A stretch of DNA of 64,000 bases, from assembly GCA_043228905.1 (NCBI GenBank), contig JBHGNT010000013.1, forward strand, positions 15,314,001-15,378,000, written 5' to 3'. Below, one piece after another: positions 12,450 to 24,968 of this stretch (positions within the stretch are counted from its first letter, which is position 1; each line of letters opens with the position of its first letter). Both the position numbers and the translations under genes were made by a program. Below the pieces are notes generated by a model. The model did no database searches. It had not been told where the DNA came from and was given only the letters and a program-made list of their open reading frames with translations. The DNA comes from Azolla caroliniana (taxonomy: Eukaryota; Plantae; Polypodiophyta).

Positions 12450-14402
12450 CATTGAGTGTATCCTACATATTTGAGGACCCATCGGTCTTCTTTGCGTCAT
12501 CAATCATTCATTGTCACTTCCCTAACCTTGTGATGTTATCCATCCTCACTCTCCATCCGTCTATCAAGTACCCATTGTTCCATCTTACCATAATCCTACC
12601 ATTTGTAAGGACACTTTCTTCTTTGGCCCAGTGCTACCATTTTGTATGGACACTTTACATGAGGTATTTTCTTGTTTTGGAGATTGGTTTCTAACCCTCA
12701 TGTGTATGCTAATGCGACCTTCTTTCTTATGTGAAGGAATCAGAGATCCATTTCGAAATCTATTTGTATGTGAGCCTAACCATGACGAAATTTTGTTTCA
12801 TAATGTTACAAACCCTATAGTGAGTTGCGAATCATAGCTTTAGTTGTCACAAGGAATGGGTTGCAAAAATGAGCAAGAGGTCCAAACTGTTCTTTATTAA
12901 GGTTAGTTGGGTATGTTACGGATTAACAATAGGAACTTATGCATACAAACCAAGAGAGGGCATGCCATATCTATTAATCGTTAAGAATATGATTCTAGCT
13001 AAGATGGCTTATTCATGAGCATGGAGTTAATTGTTTGGCACATAGAAAGCATTTTTATATTTTGAAGAGAACCAATATACGTATAGAAATCTTGTTTGTG
13101 CATATTTTGACTTTAATATGGAAACGTTTGATGTGGATGTGCATGAAATGGTTCTTGATGTTGGTGTGGCGAAGAGATTTAATGATAAAAGATCAATGAT
13201 TTTGTGCTAGGATGACACATGTGCCTTCTAGCGCAGAACTCATTGTTTTTCTTTGTGACTCTTTAGTACAATTATTGGAAGTGTTGGCTAATGGAAGAAG
13301 TTAGTGATGTGTGATTGTCTTGTGACCAAAGTGGTGATCTAGAGGGTTGATTCCTTATGCTTACGGTAAAGGCCAACCATGGTCAACATTCTCCATCATT
13401 TGGTGAAGGGTGGTTTGCTCGACAAAGAGGGTGGCATACTTCTCTTTGATCACCTTGTTAATGTTAATCCGTCTTGGAGAACACCTTTGATTACCCCTCA
13501 TGAGTAATCGAGTCAAGGTATTGTGGTGCGAAGGAGAGTTGGGGTCACGATGTCCTATCGAGATCGTTAACCAAGTCGTTATGGGGTATACGACTTCCTG
13601 GGGCTGGCGATCGTTATTTAGACTGTCCTACTTGGGGTGGGATCACGACTAAGGAAATAAGAAGGATACGCTTCGGGATCGGCTACAACCGATCTTGATA
13701 TACGTCTTTTACACAAACCGAACTTGATATAGATATACATATATAACGAAATAGAGATGAGACAGAACATTGAAGTTACCCACAATATATATATATATAT
13801 ATATATATTCGATTAAAATGTAGGATACGAACATAGATTGACACATGCGTGATATTCGTCATATTCTCCATGCGTGACATTCTCAATATTCAAGAATACA
13901 AAATGGCCTTAAGAATATTTAAAAACCATTCGTTTTATAAAATAAATATACAAAAAATTAATTAATTAATTAATTTAAAAATAAATAAATTTAATTCACT
14001 AAAAAAAAGAACAATTATTCATTAATAAATTATAAAAATATGATTAGTATAAACTCTCCTTTCTAGTGTCAAATAAAAAAAGAGGAGAGTTTATGAACCT
14101 TTATTTTATTAAAATAACTGATTTTTTAATTTTAAAAAAACGAATATTTTTATATTTACTATGAAAACATGATTAATGTGAAGTCTCAATTTTAATGTCA
14201 AGTAAAAATATCCATAAATTTTGGGAAAAGAAAAGGTGAAGAACTAATGAACCTTTATTTTATTTTATTTATTTATTTAATAAAGAATCAAGATCTCCAA
14301 TGAAAATTTATTACTGTCAAGTCTCTCTCAACTCTCTATTTTATTATCCCCTTTTTATTGTCAAGTCCCTTTTTTTTTCTTAAGAAACTAAAAGGAGGGA
14401 GT

Positions 14403-15892
14403 TCATCTCTTTGCTGCTTTTCTTGATTTATCGGCTCCTCTTGTATTTGCTTTTTGTTTCCAACTGTTGCCACTGGCTCGAGCGTGCGCTCTCGAGGGGC
14501 ATCTTCTCCTTCGTTTGTTGGCCTCAGTTGCATTTTCGGTCTGGAGTCGCTCCCGTTCGTAACGTTCTAAGTCGAGGGTGAGTTGCAACTAATCGTCCTC
14601 AAAGTCTTGAAGGAGTTTCTTGACTTCCTCGTTGTGTGTCTGGGCGAGGGAGGAGAATTCCTTGGTGAGGTCTTCTCGAAGCAGTTGGATGTTGTGCTCA
14701 TCCATCTCATAAAATCCTCGACCCTCCTTTTTGTGATTCTCATGATCGGTGTGGAATATTTGTAATTCGACCTCTTGGGCCGACCACGCGTTTCATCCGT
14801 GCGATAGAACTTCGTCAATCCGCGAGTAGAAGCGTTGCCGATGCTTGGTTATTAAAGCTTTAATCCGAATTTTGCTCATCTCGCTTTGCGCTCGGAATTC
14901 CTGTAGACCCCTGGTGAAGTTAACATGTTGGGCGTATATGGCTTCCATTTGAGCCCTCATTTCCTTATGTCGGTCCTTGCAGTGGTCGCGTTCTTGTTGT
15001 TGTTGCGTTAATCAAAACTCAGCTTCCGCAATGGCATTGCAGATATAGGTGAGTTCGTGTTGATATGTCTCAATTTCGTCGCGTTGTAATCGATCGCAAA
15101 TTTGGAGATTGAGCATCTGTTGGTGGTATCGATTGAACTCGACCAACAACATGTCGTGTTCCATCTACAGCTGTCGGTACTGCTCTTGTGCATCTCAGAG
15201 AGCTTGCTTATGTTCTTCAAGGGTAGCCTTAAGCAATCGTTGGAAGCCCTCCTCTATCGTTTTTATTGCTCCGGCCATCCAATCCGCTTGTGCCCAAAGA
15301 GTCGTGGCGCTATGTTCCTCTTTGACGCGCATGGGCTCGTCCGTTTGTTGTCGTTGTTCTCGAAGGCAACTATTGCTTGCTCCTCGTGCGTTTGAAGGGC
15401 TTTGTTGTATTCCTTCGCCTTCTCCTTTAAGGTTGTGTCGAATTGTGCTTGCATCTTGACTTCTCGGTGTTGGGCATGTTGGAGGGTTGCGTGGAGTGCC
15501 TCAATTTCAGCGAGGGTTATGTCGTATCGTTCCTTGGCCTTCACGATCACCGTCGTTTGTACTGCTAGACTTTCAACGAGGTTGTCCTAAGTAGTGGTGT
15601 TTGCAGTAGTTGATAACATGGGCAGGGCCTCTCGTGTGATGGTTTTGGCTTGAGTGAGGAGAGTGTTCGAAGCATCGGTCGGAGCCGTCGGGGGCGTCAA
15701 TGGGAATGGTGGTGATGGCGGGTTGTTCGGCTTGACCTCACCTTCTCTTTCCCGGAACTAGCGTTCGAGTTTGGATATTCTAGCTTCCGATCCTTGCTAG
15801 AGCTCCGTGGCCTGTTTGGCTTGTCTTGGACGACCACTGTCGTGAAAATCCGTCACTATGTGCGCATCGTGAGGCGGAACCGCCGGGGTTAT
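14403..15892 (-). pseudogene. Decayed coiled-coil-like ORF of about 490 codons inside a repetitive element
   Basis: One reading frame can be reconstructed across several in-frame stops (mostly TAG) and at least one frameshift, e.g. AKERYDITLAEIEALHATLQ...LQLTLDLERYERERLQ. Q/E/K-rich; start codon apparently ATG>ATA; no recognised domain. Confidence 0.55.
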
Positions 15893-16076
15893 GGACGGGA
15901 AGGAAATAGGGCTCACACGCACAACACAAGGAAGGCTTACACAAACAAGGCACGAGTATTCGAACGTGTTTGTGAAAAGGAGAGGTGCATGGGCAAGCCC
16001 AAATCAACCCCTAGTAACAAGGCGAACGAATGCACGTGATGTTAGGAAACAGGTCCCTCCGGATGGGAAGTGAGCA

Positions 16077-16345
16077 AAACCGGATGTGGCATACCCGGCA
16101 ACGGAAGACCTGGTGAGAACCGGATGTGGCATACTCGGCAACGGAAGACCCGGTGAGAACCGGATGTGGCATACCCGGCAAGGAAGACCCGGTGAGAACC
16201 GGATGTGGCATACCCGGCAAGGAAGACCCGGTGAGAACCGGATGTGGCTTACCCGGCAACGGAAGACCCGGTGAGAACCGGATGTGGCGTACCCGGCAAC
16301 GGAAGACCCGGCGAGAACCGGTTGTTGCAGGCCCGGTGAGAACCT
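16077..16345 (+). repeat. 39-40-bp tandem array in the 5' LTR, 6 full units plus a partial
   Basis: Unit GAACCGGATGTGGCATACCCGGCAACGGAAGACCCGGTGA, head-to-tail with no spacers. Confidence 0.95.
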
Positions 16346-16829
16346 CTCATCGGATGGAAGGGACATATATGTAAATATGTTCCAGAGAGCCCACTGGGGC
16401 TATATTTGTAAATAGCCTAAAAGTCATATTAGTATAAATATGACTTAAGGCAAACTTAATGTAGATGATAGAGTTGTTGGTGCAACCTCCGTACAGTGTG
16501 TAAGAGAGAGAGAGAGAGAGAGCGACATACAGAGATTGTGTATATGTTGTAACCACCGTGAGGCGAAGATTGTGAGCAAGAGGTCGTTGCCTCTGTGCTC
16601 CCTATTGTATATTGTAACATAGTGATAGTTTGCAGTCTGTGGACTATCGTGGTTTTTTTCCCGTGTTTGGGTTTTCCACGTAAACATCTTGTGTACTCTT
16701 CTCTTTACTGTGTCGTGCATACATTACCCGTTTTTCTGTGTTTGATCCTAAACTCGGTTGTGGCTGAGCATTGTTTTCGTGAGCGTGTAGTCCTTACAAA
16801 CTGGTATCAGAGTGAGACGACACAGAAAA

Positions 16830-19800
16830 ATGGACGATTCGTTGGGAGGCATGTTCAAGCTCACCGGCTCCAACTATTCAGTGTGGAAGTCGAAGATGAG
16901 GGACATGCTCGTGGTTAAAGATCTTTGGTTGTCGGTTCAGTTCAGGGACAAGAGACCGGACAAAATCGATGCCGCGATATGGGAGGTGATGCACATGAAG
17001 ACAACGGCGTACATACGGTGCTTCATTGATATGAGTCTATACAACAACTTCAATGAAGAGAGCAAGGCTCATGAGCTCTGGGAGAAGATCGACATTATGT
17101 TTCAGAACAAAAATGTTGTTAATCAGGTTTCGGTATTTCGGAAGCTAGTAAGACTCCAGTACCAAGATGGCTCCAGCATGGTGGAGCACATGAATGCCTT
17201 CCAGGGGCTGATTCACCAGGCAACATCATTGGAAGTACCTCTCGGCGATGAGGTACTAGCACTACTCCTGCTCGGTTCCCTCCCAGATAGCTGGGAGACG
17301 TTGGTTGTCACTTTGGGCAACGCCGGGCCAGAAGAGAAATGGTTATCCCTATCAAGAGTGAAGTCGAGCTTGCTAGATGAAGAGGCATGTCAGAAAGATA
17401 AGGATACGAGCTCCGACTCCAAAGCGCTCCTTACCGAATCGGAACACAGAAGACAAAGGAACTGTAGTCCCCAGAACCGGGAGAAGTCGGGGACACGGTC
17501 AAAGTCAAGGGGGAGGCCTACATGCTTCTATTGCGGCAAGCTGGGACACTTCCAGAAGAACTATCGGCATTTCCGAAAAGACAAGGAAACCGATGGTACC
17601 AATTCGAAGCGGACACCGGACCGGAACGGTAAAGACCGGAGGGGAACAGACCGGAAGGGAACGATGGCAATCGCGGCAAGTGAAGAAGAGTTGATGCTCA
17701 TAACTGAGGAGAGTGAGTTGAACCTTGTCGATGATGAGACAACGTGGGTTGTTGATTCCGGAGCGTCGTTCCACCTTACCCCGGACCGTAAATACTTCTC
17801 ATCCTACACACCCGGTGATCACGGCTGTGTCCGGATGGGGAATGAAGGTACATGCCGAATTGTTGGCATAGGAGACGTGTGGTTGACAACCCCAACCAAC
17901 CGTATGCAAGTTGCTGCTGAAGGATGTCTGACACGTTCCGGAGGTCCGACTGAACCTGATATCAGCCGGTCGGCTAGATGATGAAGGCTACACGGGTAGC
18001 ATCCGGAACGGTGTTATGAAGTTCAGCAAAGGGAGCCTGATTGTGGCTCGGGCCCGGAAGGTCAACACATTGTACCTGATGAATGCCTGGTTATGCCTGG
18101 AAGAAGTGAACGTGGCTTCCGACACTGCCGGTGAGTTGTGGCACAAGAGGCTGTGTCACATGAGTGAGAAGGGGATGAAGAGGCTTGCAGATGACAACCT
18201 CATTCCAGTGAAGAACGTGCACTTGGAGAAGTGCACTGATTATCTGGCCGGTAAACAAAACCGAACCTCCTTCCGATCGAGGCCACCGATGAGACGTAAT
18301 GCACCACTGGAGTTGGTGCATACTGATGTGTGTCAAGTGGACACGAAGTCACATGCAGGATCGCAATACTTCGTGACATTCATAAATGACCACAGCCGGA
18401 AGCTGTGGGCCACACTGTTGAAGACGAAGGATGAGGTGTTATCTGTCTTCAAAGAGCTCCACGCGAGAGTGGAAAGAGAAACCGGTCGGAAGCTGAAGGC
18501 GGTTCGAGCAGATAACGGAGGAGAATACTGGGGGCAGTTCGAGGAGTACTGCCGCTCGAAGGGAATCCGGCTCGAATTTACCATGCCGAAGACGCCTGAA
18601 CTAAACGGGCTGGCTGAGAGGATGAACCAGACCATAATGGAGAGGGTTCGGAGTATGCTGGCGCATGCAAAATTACCCAAGAAGTTTTGGGCTGAGGCAC
18701 TGTCGACGGCGACATACGTGATAAACAAATCACCCTCAGCACCCTTGGACGGAGACATGCCACAGAGAGTATGGACCGGTAAGGAAGTGTCCTACCGGCA
18801 TCTGAAGGTGTTCAGGTGTCTCGCATACGTGCATGTTGGTAAGGACCGGAGATGAAAGTTGGATCCAAAGACCCGACCATGCATATTCCTCGGTTACGAC
18901 GATGATGAGTTCAACTACCGAGTGTGGAACCTGGGCGACAAGAAGGTATTCCGGAGTCGAGATATTATCTTCATGGAGGACAAGACGCTCGTCGACTGGG
19001 AGTCGGAGAAAAAGATAATGAACTCCAAGTCGACCAGTAAGGATCGATTCTACGATGAGCAGACCCAACCGACAAGAGATCGGTTAGCACTCGATGAACT
19101 AGCTGGTGACGGTAAGGAGAGAAGACAGGCCGAAGAAGAAGGAATAGGTGAAACTGGAACTGGCCAAGACCCCGAATTGGATGAAGAACAAATAGAGGAG
19201 CTAGTTGCCGAAAGCCAAAGACAGAGATATCCTCTCAGAGAGAGAAGGCCCCCCCAGAGATTTCCAGATGCAGAGCATGTGCTGCTAACCGATGAGGGGG
19301 AGCCAGAAAGCTTCGAGGAAGCTAAAAGTGACGCCCATAGCCGCAAATGGTTAAGTGCCATGCAGGATGAGATGGATTCCCTGCATGAGAACCATACGTA
19401 TGAATTGGTGGAGTTGTCGAAAGGAAAGCGGGCACTCCGAAACAAGTGGGTGTACAAGTTGAAATCGGGAGATGCCGATAACCCCCCGAGATACAAAGCC
19501 AGGATCGTGGTGAAGGGGTTCCAGCAGAAGAAGGGCGTGGACTTCGACAAGATATTTTCCCCGGTAGTAAAGATGACCTCCATCCGGACGGTGCTGAGTA
19601 TAGCGGCAAGCATGAACCTCGAGGTAGAGCAGTTGGACGTGAAGACGACATTCCTTCACGGTGACCTCGAAGAGGAGAACTACATGCAGCAACCGGAAGG
19701 ATTCATGGAGAAAGGGAAGGAGCACCTGGTTTGTCGGTTGAAGAAGAGCTTGTACGGATTGAAGCAGGCTCCTCGACAATGGTACCGAAAGTTCGACTCC

Positions 19801-20872
19801 TTCATGACCGATCAAGGATACCACAAGACGCAGGCCGATCACTGCATGTTTGTGAAGAAGTTCGAAGGAGGTGACTTCCTGATACTCCTTCTGTATGTGG
19901 ATGACATGTTGATCGTCGGACAGGACCAAGCCAAAATACGAATGTTGAAGAAGGCTCTCAACCGAACTCTCGCAATGAAAGACTTGGGTCCGGCAAGACA
20001 GATGTTGGGGATGTATATCATCCGGAACTGGCCAAAGAAGCAATTGTGGTTGTCACAGAGAGAAGTACGTGACAAAGGTGCTTCAGCGGTTCAACATGTC
20101 AGACGCGAAACCGGTCAGATCGACACTTCCGGCAAACTGCAGATTATCCGGTAAGCAAAGCCCGAAGACGAAAGCAGAGAAGGCAGATATGATGAAGGTG
20201 CCATATGCCTCTGCCGTCAGGAGCTTAATGTACGCAATGGTGTGTACTCGACCGGATATTGGATACGCAGTCAGAGTGGTGAGCCGGTTTATGAGCAATC
20301 TCGGCAAGGAGCACTAGAACGCGGTCAAATGGATACTTTGGTACTTGAAGGGCACTTCAAATATATGTCTCCGATTCGGCTCCGGTAAAACTCAACTTGA
20401 CGGTTTTACCGATTCGGATATGTCAGCTGATGTGGATACCAGCTGGTCTACATCCGGGTATGAAATGACATATGCAGGGGGAGCTGTTTCGTGGGAGTTG
20501 AGGCTGCAGAAGACGGTTGCATTGTCAACCATGGAGGCGGAGTACATGGTGGCTGTTGAAGCTGGCAAGGAAATATTATGGATGAAGGACTTCATCAGAG
20601 AGCTCGGTATCCGGCAAGATGAATACCGACTCTATTGTGACAATCAAACTGCCATCCACCTTTCTAAGAATGCAATGTACCATTCCAGGATGAAGCATAT
20701 CCAACGTAGGTATCACTGGATCCGGGAGCGAGTAGAAGATCGAGAGTTCGCGTTGACGAAGATCCACACGGCCGAGAACGGGTCAGATATGCTGACTAAA
20801 GTACTGATACCCGACAAGCTGGATGCATGTCGGAAGCGGATCAGACTAGTAAAACATCCCATGCCGGAGTGA
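16830..20872 (+). pseudogene. Copia gag-pol polyprotein, disrupted
   Basis: Zinc knuckle CFYCGKLGH, protease WVVDSGAS, GAG-pre-integrase LWHKRLCH, integrase VHTD/RADNGGEY/NGLAER, RT KARIVVKGF, LYGLKQAPRQW and LLYVDD, RNase H MKHI. Stops at 18853 and 20315; frameshifts near 17900 and 20060. Confidence 0.95.
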
Positions 20873-20919
20873 AGGGGGAGTTTGTTAGGAAACAGGTCCC
20901 TCCGGATGGGAAGTGAGCA

Positions 20920-21230
20920 GAACCGGATGTGGCATACCCGGCAACGGAAGACCCGGTGAGAACTAGATGTGGCATACCTGGCAACGGAAGACCCGGTGAG
21001 AATCGAACGTGGCATACCCGGCAACGAAAGACTCGGTGAGAACCGGATGTGGCGTACCCGGCAATGGAAGACCCGGTGAGAACCAGATGTGGCATACTCG
21101 ACAACGGAAGACCCGATGAGAACCAGATGTGGCGTACCCGGCAACGGAAGACCCGGTGAGAACCGGATGTGGCATACCCGGCAATGGAAGACTTGGTGAG
21201 AACCGGATGTTGCAGGCCCGGTGAGAACCT
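20920..21230 (+). repeat. 40-bp tandem array in the 3' LTR, 7 full units plus a partial
   Basis: Same unit as in the 5' LTR, with more C>T and G>A changes. Confidence 0.95.
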
Positions 21231-21739
21231 CTCATCGGATGGAAGGGACAATATGTAAATATGTTCCAGAGAGCTCACTGGGGCTATATTTGTAAATAGC
21301 CCGAAAGTCATATTAGTATAAATATGACCTAGGGCAAACTTAATGTAGATGATAGAGTTGTTGGTGCAACCTCTGTACAATGCGTAAGAGAGAGAGAGCG
21401 CGACATATAGAGATTGTGTCTATGTTGTAACCTCTGTGAGGCGAAGATTGTGAGCAAGAGGTCGTTGCCTCTGTGCTCCCTATTGTATATTGTAACATAG
21501 TGATAGTTTGCAGTCTGTGGACTGTTGTGGTTTTTTTCCCGTGTTTGGGTTTTCCACGTAAACATCCTGTGTACTCTTCTCTTTACTGTGTCGTGCGTAC
21601 ATTACCCGTTTTTTTGTGTTTGATCCTAGACTCGGTTGTGGCTGAGCGTTGTTTTCGTGAGTGTGTAGTCCTTACACGTGAGGAAGGCTTACACACGGAC
21701 ACATGAGGAAAAGGCTTACTTACACACATGAGAGACAAA

Positions 21740-21960
21740 GTTTCGAATGCCTTTGTGAAAAGAGAGGTGCATGGGCAAGCCCAAACGCTCCCTTGTTACA
21801 AGACACGTGAACAAATAAGAACAAATGACAATAACATATAAGATATGTAAGTTTGAATGCCTTTGTGAAAAGAGATGTGCGTGGGCAAGCCCGAAACGCT
21901 CCCTTGTCACAAGACACACAAACAAATAAGCACAAATGACGATAACATATAAGACATGTA
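21740..21960. repeat. Imperfect repeats of about 110-120 bp belonging to the host element split by the copia insertion
   Basis: gaatgcctttgtgaaaagagaggtgcatgggcaagccc occurs twice here, with a related copy at about 15960-16005 on the other side of the insertion. Confidence 0.8.
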
Positions 21961-22799
21961 GGTGAAACCAAACATAATTTAGTTTATTACAATATAATAG
22001 ATTCTTTTATAAAATAAGAATAAATTTTACAACGGGTTTGATATGAATATGAGAGATAGTTTATAAAGGAATGGGGAAGAGAGGTGGAGTAAAGAAGAGA
22101 GTGGAATATAGAAGAAGGTGATTCTTTGTTGATGATGCCTCTCAATGTTGTTGATTCTTCTTCTTTTGCCTTCCAATTGAGTAGAGCTTCCACATTCCTT
22201 CTCCCTCCCCCCCTTCTTCATTAGAATAGGCTCTTTTTTATAGGTTTAGGATTGCTTGCCTTTTTCCCCTAAGAAAAAGCTTGTCTATATGAGTCGACTT
22301 TTCTTTTCCTCACTATTTCTATTTTCTAGCCCCAAATTTCACATGCAAGATATTCTTGGAAAGCTCTTTGGGTTAGCTTTTGTATGCATCTTTTCTTTTC
22401 TAATTTGGACATTTGACGAGGAAATTATGAGTTTTTTTCTCTATTGTGCTCATATCCACGCGTGCTTTTTTTTCTCTCTCCATCTTTTTCTCTACTTCTC
22501 TACTTTTGAAAACTGCCTCTAACTTAATATTCATCATTATTTATTGTAAGGTTCAATCCTTAGACCTTTTATTTATAAGGAATTATCTTTGGCAAAATGA
22601 AAAAGTAATTTTTGCTACCAATAAAGTTGACTTCACAATACTAGTTTATTTAAACTACTATTTTGCTTCTTTTCGAGGGCGGTTTCACACTGTGTTAGAA
22701 ACATCACGACACCGCCACCAGCTTGTTGGGTGCGACAACCATCTGCAAGTCATCCACTGTGGTGCGGACCCTTTCCTTCTCGTTGCTGTGATGTTTCAC

Positions 22800-23767
22800 A
22801 TGATGATGCTTCTTGGACTAACTGCGTCCTTTTGCTGAGTGCTGGTTTGCCTCTATGTCCTCTCGAGGCCATTTCTTGCTTTCTTCGGCGGTTTGCCGAG
22901 TCTCGTCCTGTAACTCTTGATGAGGGCTTGGGATCAATAGGGGCTCCACTATCGAATCCTTCCGATTGGGTTTGTCACACCTACGGATTGTGAAATCCTT
23001 GTTTGCGACTACTATCGGCTCTTGTTCCTTAATTGCATGCGTTGGCCGCGGTGATGCCTGGGACGTCGTAGGGAGGAGATCTTGCCATTCTTCTTGTGCG
23101 AATTGCAGGGCTTGTTGTTGTTTAGTGTGAGTGGGCAGTGCAGGGAGTGCAAGGGGTTTCTGTGGAGCAGAAGCGGAATGGGGTGGATAAAGCATAGATA
23201 GATATTGGGCCAAGGTAGGGAACAACTTCTTCCCCGCTTGTAGGGCTGAGACACTGGCACGAAGAGCCTCACCTGTGATGGAACCCCAATTGATCTGGCC
23301 TCCTATGTATGCTGTAATGATGATCCCAACTTTCTTCTTCAACATACCATAGCTTGTGGGATGTACACAGGGCAATTTCGAGGAGGAACTTTGCAAGGTC
23401 TCCGAACAACTTGTTTGGACCACACTGTGTTCTATAGGCTTTAGCCCAGGCTGAGTACTTCCCAAAATGTGCCTTGAGGACTTGTTGGGGTGGGATATCG
23501 ATGTCGTGTTGACTACCATGTTTGAGACCTAGGGTAGACCTAATCGGGTTGTTCGTGATGGTGTCGGGGTGGATGCGTAGGCCAATCTCCTGTGCCTATG
23601 GGTGGGGGGGCATGTTAGAGACTTTGAGAAACCCACTCGGAGTGGCGTTTCAGCCTGGTGTGGAGTTCCACGGAAACTTCGAGAGGCATGGTGATACTTG
23701 CGGTGTCGCGGATGTCCGTGTGTACATGTTGGATCGGGCGGGACCACCAGGGCCTTAAACTAAGGAG

Positions 23768-23770
<3 letters not shown>
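22800..23770 (-). pseudogene. Decayed retroelement-associated accessory ORF, not gag/pol
   Basis: Frameshifted frame ...AHFGKYSAWAKAYRTQ...LAKFLLEIAL / PTSYGMLKKKVGIIITAYIGGQINWGSITGEALR...LAQYL. Lies downstream of an LTR-like TGTAACACC start at 24312 and a TATAAAAG on the minus strand. Confidence 0.5.

Positions 23771-23831
<61 letters not shown>
23770..23831. repeat. (GA)n microsatellite
   Basis: Directly visible. Confidence 0.95.
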
Positions 23832-23834
<3 letters not shown>

Positions 23835-24606
23835 ACGAAACTTACTGTCACCATCCGGATCGACTACGTGATACCTTAATAGAGCACACAGGCTCGCAAA
23901 CTCGAGTAGAATCGCGTAGAACACGGAAGGGGAGAAGCAACACTTCTCCGGACACCGAAAATAGAGAGAGGAGTGACAACATGACACATAGAGCGCAAAT
24001 ACAGCAAACCAATAATAGATTAAAAGACGAAACAGAATACAACTGGCCTCAAGCCGGAGGCAGAGCTTCGAGCTCCGCACACACACGCACCCACACACAC
24101 ACTAATGAGCCTCTGGTCGGTAGCGCACGAGCTTCCTAAGCGAGCAGAGACCTCACCTTAGCTATCTGAATCAATACTGAAAAGAACAGGAAAATCAACA
24201 GAGCTCCAAATCACAACCAACATCATCTTCTCCTCCCAAACGATCGATCCCCCCTAAAACAGACTCACTCCCTTCCTTTTATAACTCAAGGAGTGGGCGG
24301 GTCGGTGTTACATTAGGTTGTTAAAACAACCGTTTCGTTCAAAGATCCTCCCCATGATACTTTGCCATCACCCACTTTTATTCCCCTCTATCCGCGCGAT
24401 CATAAAGTACCTATTAAATACTCCTGTTTTGTACTTATTATTACATTATATGTACATTTGTTTTATACAATACTCCTTTTTGTGTGCACCTATGCACAAC
24501 CCCGTTCACACACGGTACACAAGCTTTTCTCCCCCTTCCCGGAATCCTCCACGACACCAGTTTTCCGGGGGGGAGTGGAGAGATGGGTGGCTTCTTTGAT
24601 GGAAAG

Positions 24607-24922
24607 TGTTGAGATATCAAGCTCAACTAGTTTAATCTAGTTAGTCAACACATGTAACTTAGTAGTTACCTAGATCGAATCTAGTTAATGTGTTGACCTT
24701 AAGCCTTTAAATAGGACCTTGTACTTAAGTGGGATATTCTAGATCCTCCACTCCTTAGTACATTTAATGTAGGACTTACACATAAGTACCTATGTTCTAC
24801 CCACACATGTGCACCTTTGCACATGGGTTGTATATATACCTCATTGTGGGTATTTTTGTATGTTGATGACACTTTTCAATATAGTCAATCATCCCCCATT
24901 TATCTTTGTGTTCAAGTGTAAC

Positions 24923-24968
<46 letters not shown>

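Larger units (their letters stand above)
16040..21676 (+). mobile_element. Full-length Ty1/copia LTR retrotransposon, decayed
   Basis: 5' LTR 16040-16798 and 3' LTR 20883-21676, both TG...CA. 5-bp TSD CGTGA. PBS TGGTATCAGAG near 16802 (tRNA-iMet type). PPT GAAGGGGGAG before the 3' LTR. Domain order gag-PR-INT-RT-RH. Confidence 0.97.

Noticed and set aside
16077-16345. 40-bp repeats as a CRISPR array (also 20920-21230)
   Set aside because: The units are contiguous with no unique spacers, lie inside retrotransposon LTRs in a plant genome, and no cas genes are present.
17377-21380. Many overlapping and antisense ORFs within the copia element
   Set aside because: By-products of GC-rich pol sequence and of the LTR tandem repeats.
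23615-24098. ORFs with SLSLSL or RERERE runs (also near 10280, 24797, 32032, 41707 and 57882-58622)
   Set aside because: Translations of (CT/GA)n microsatellites.
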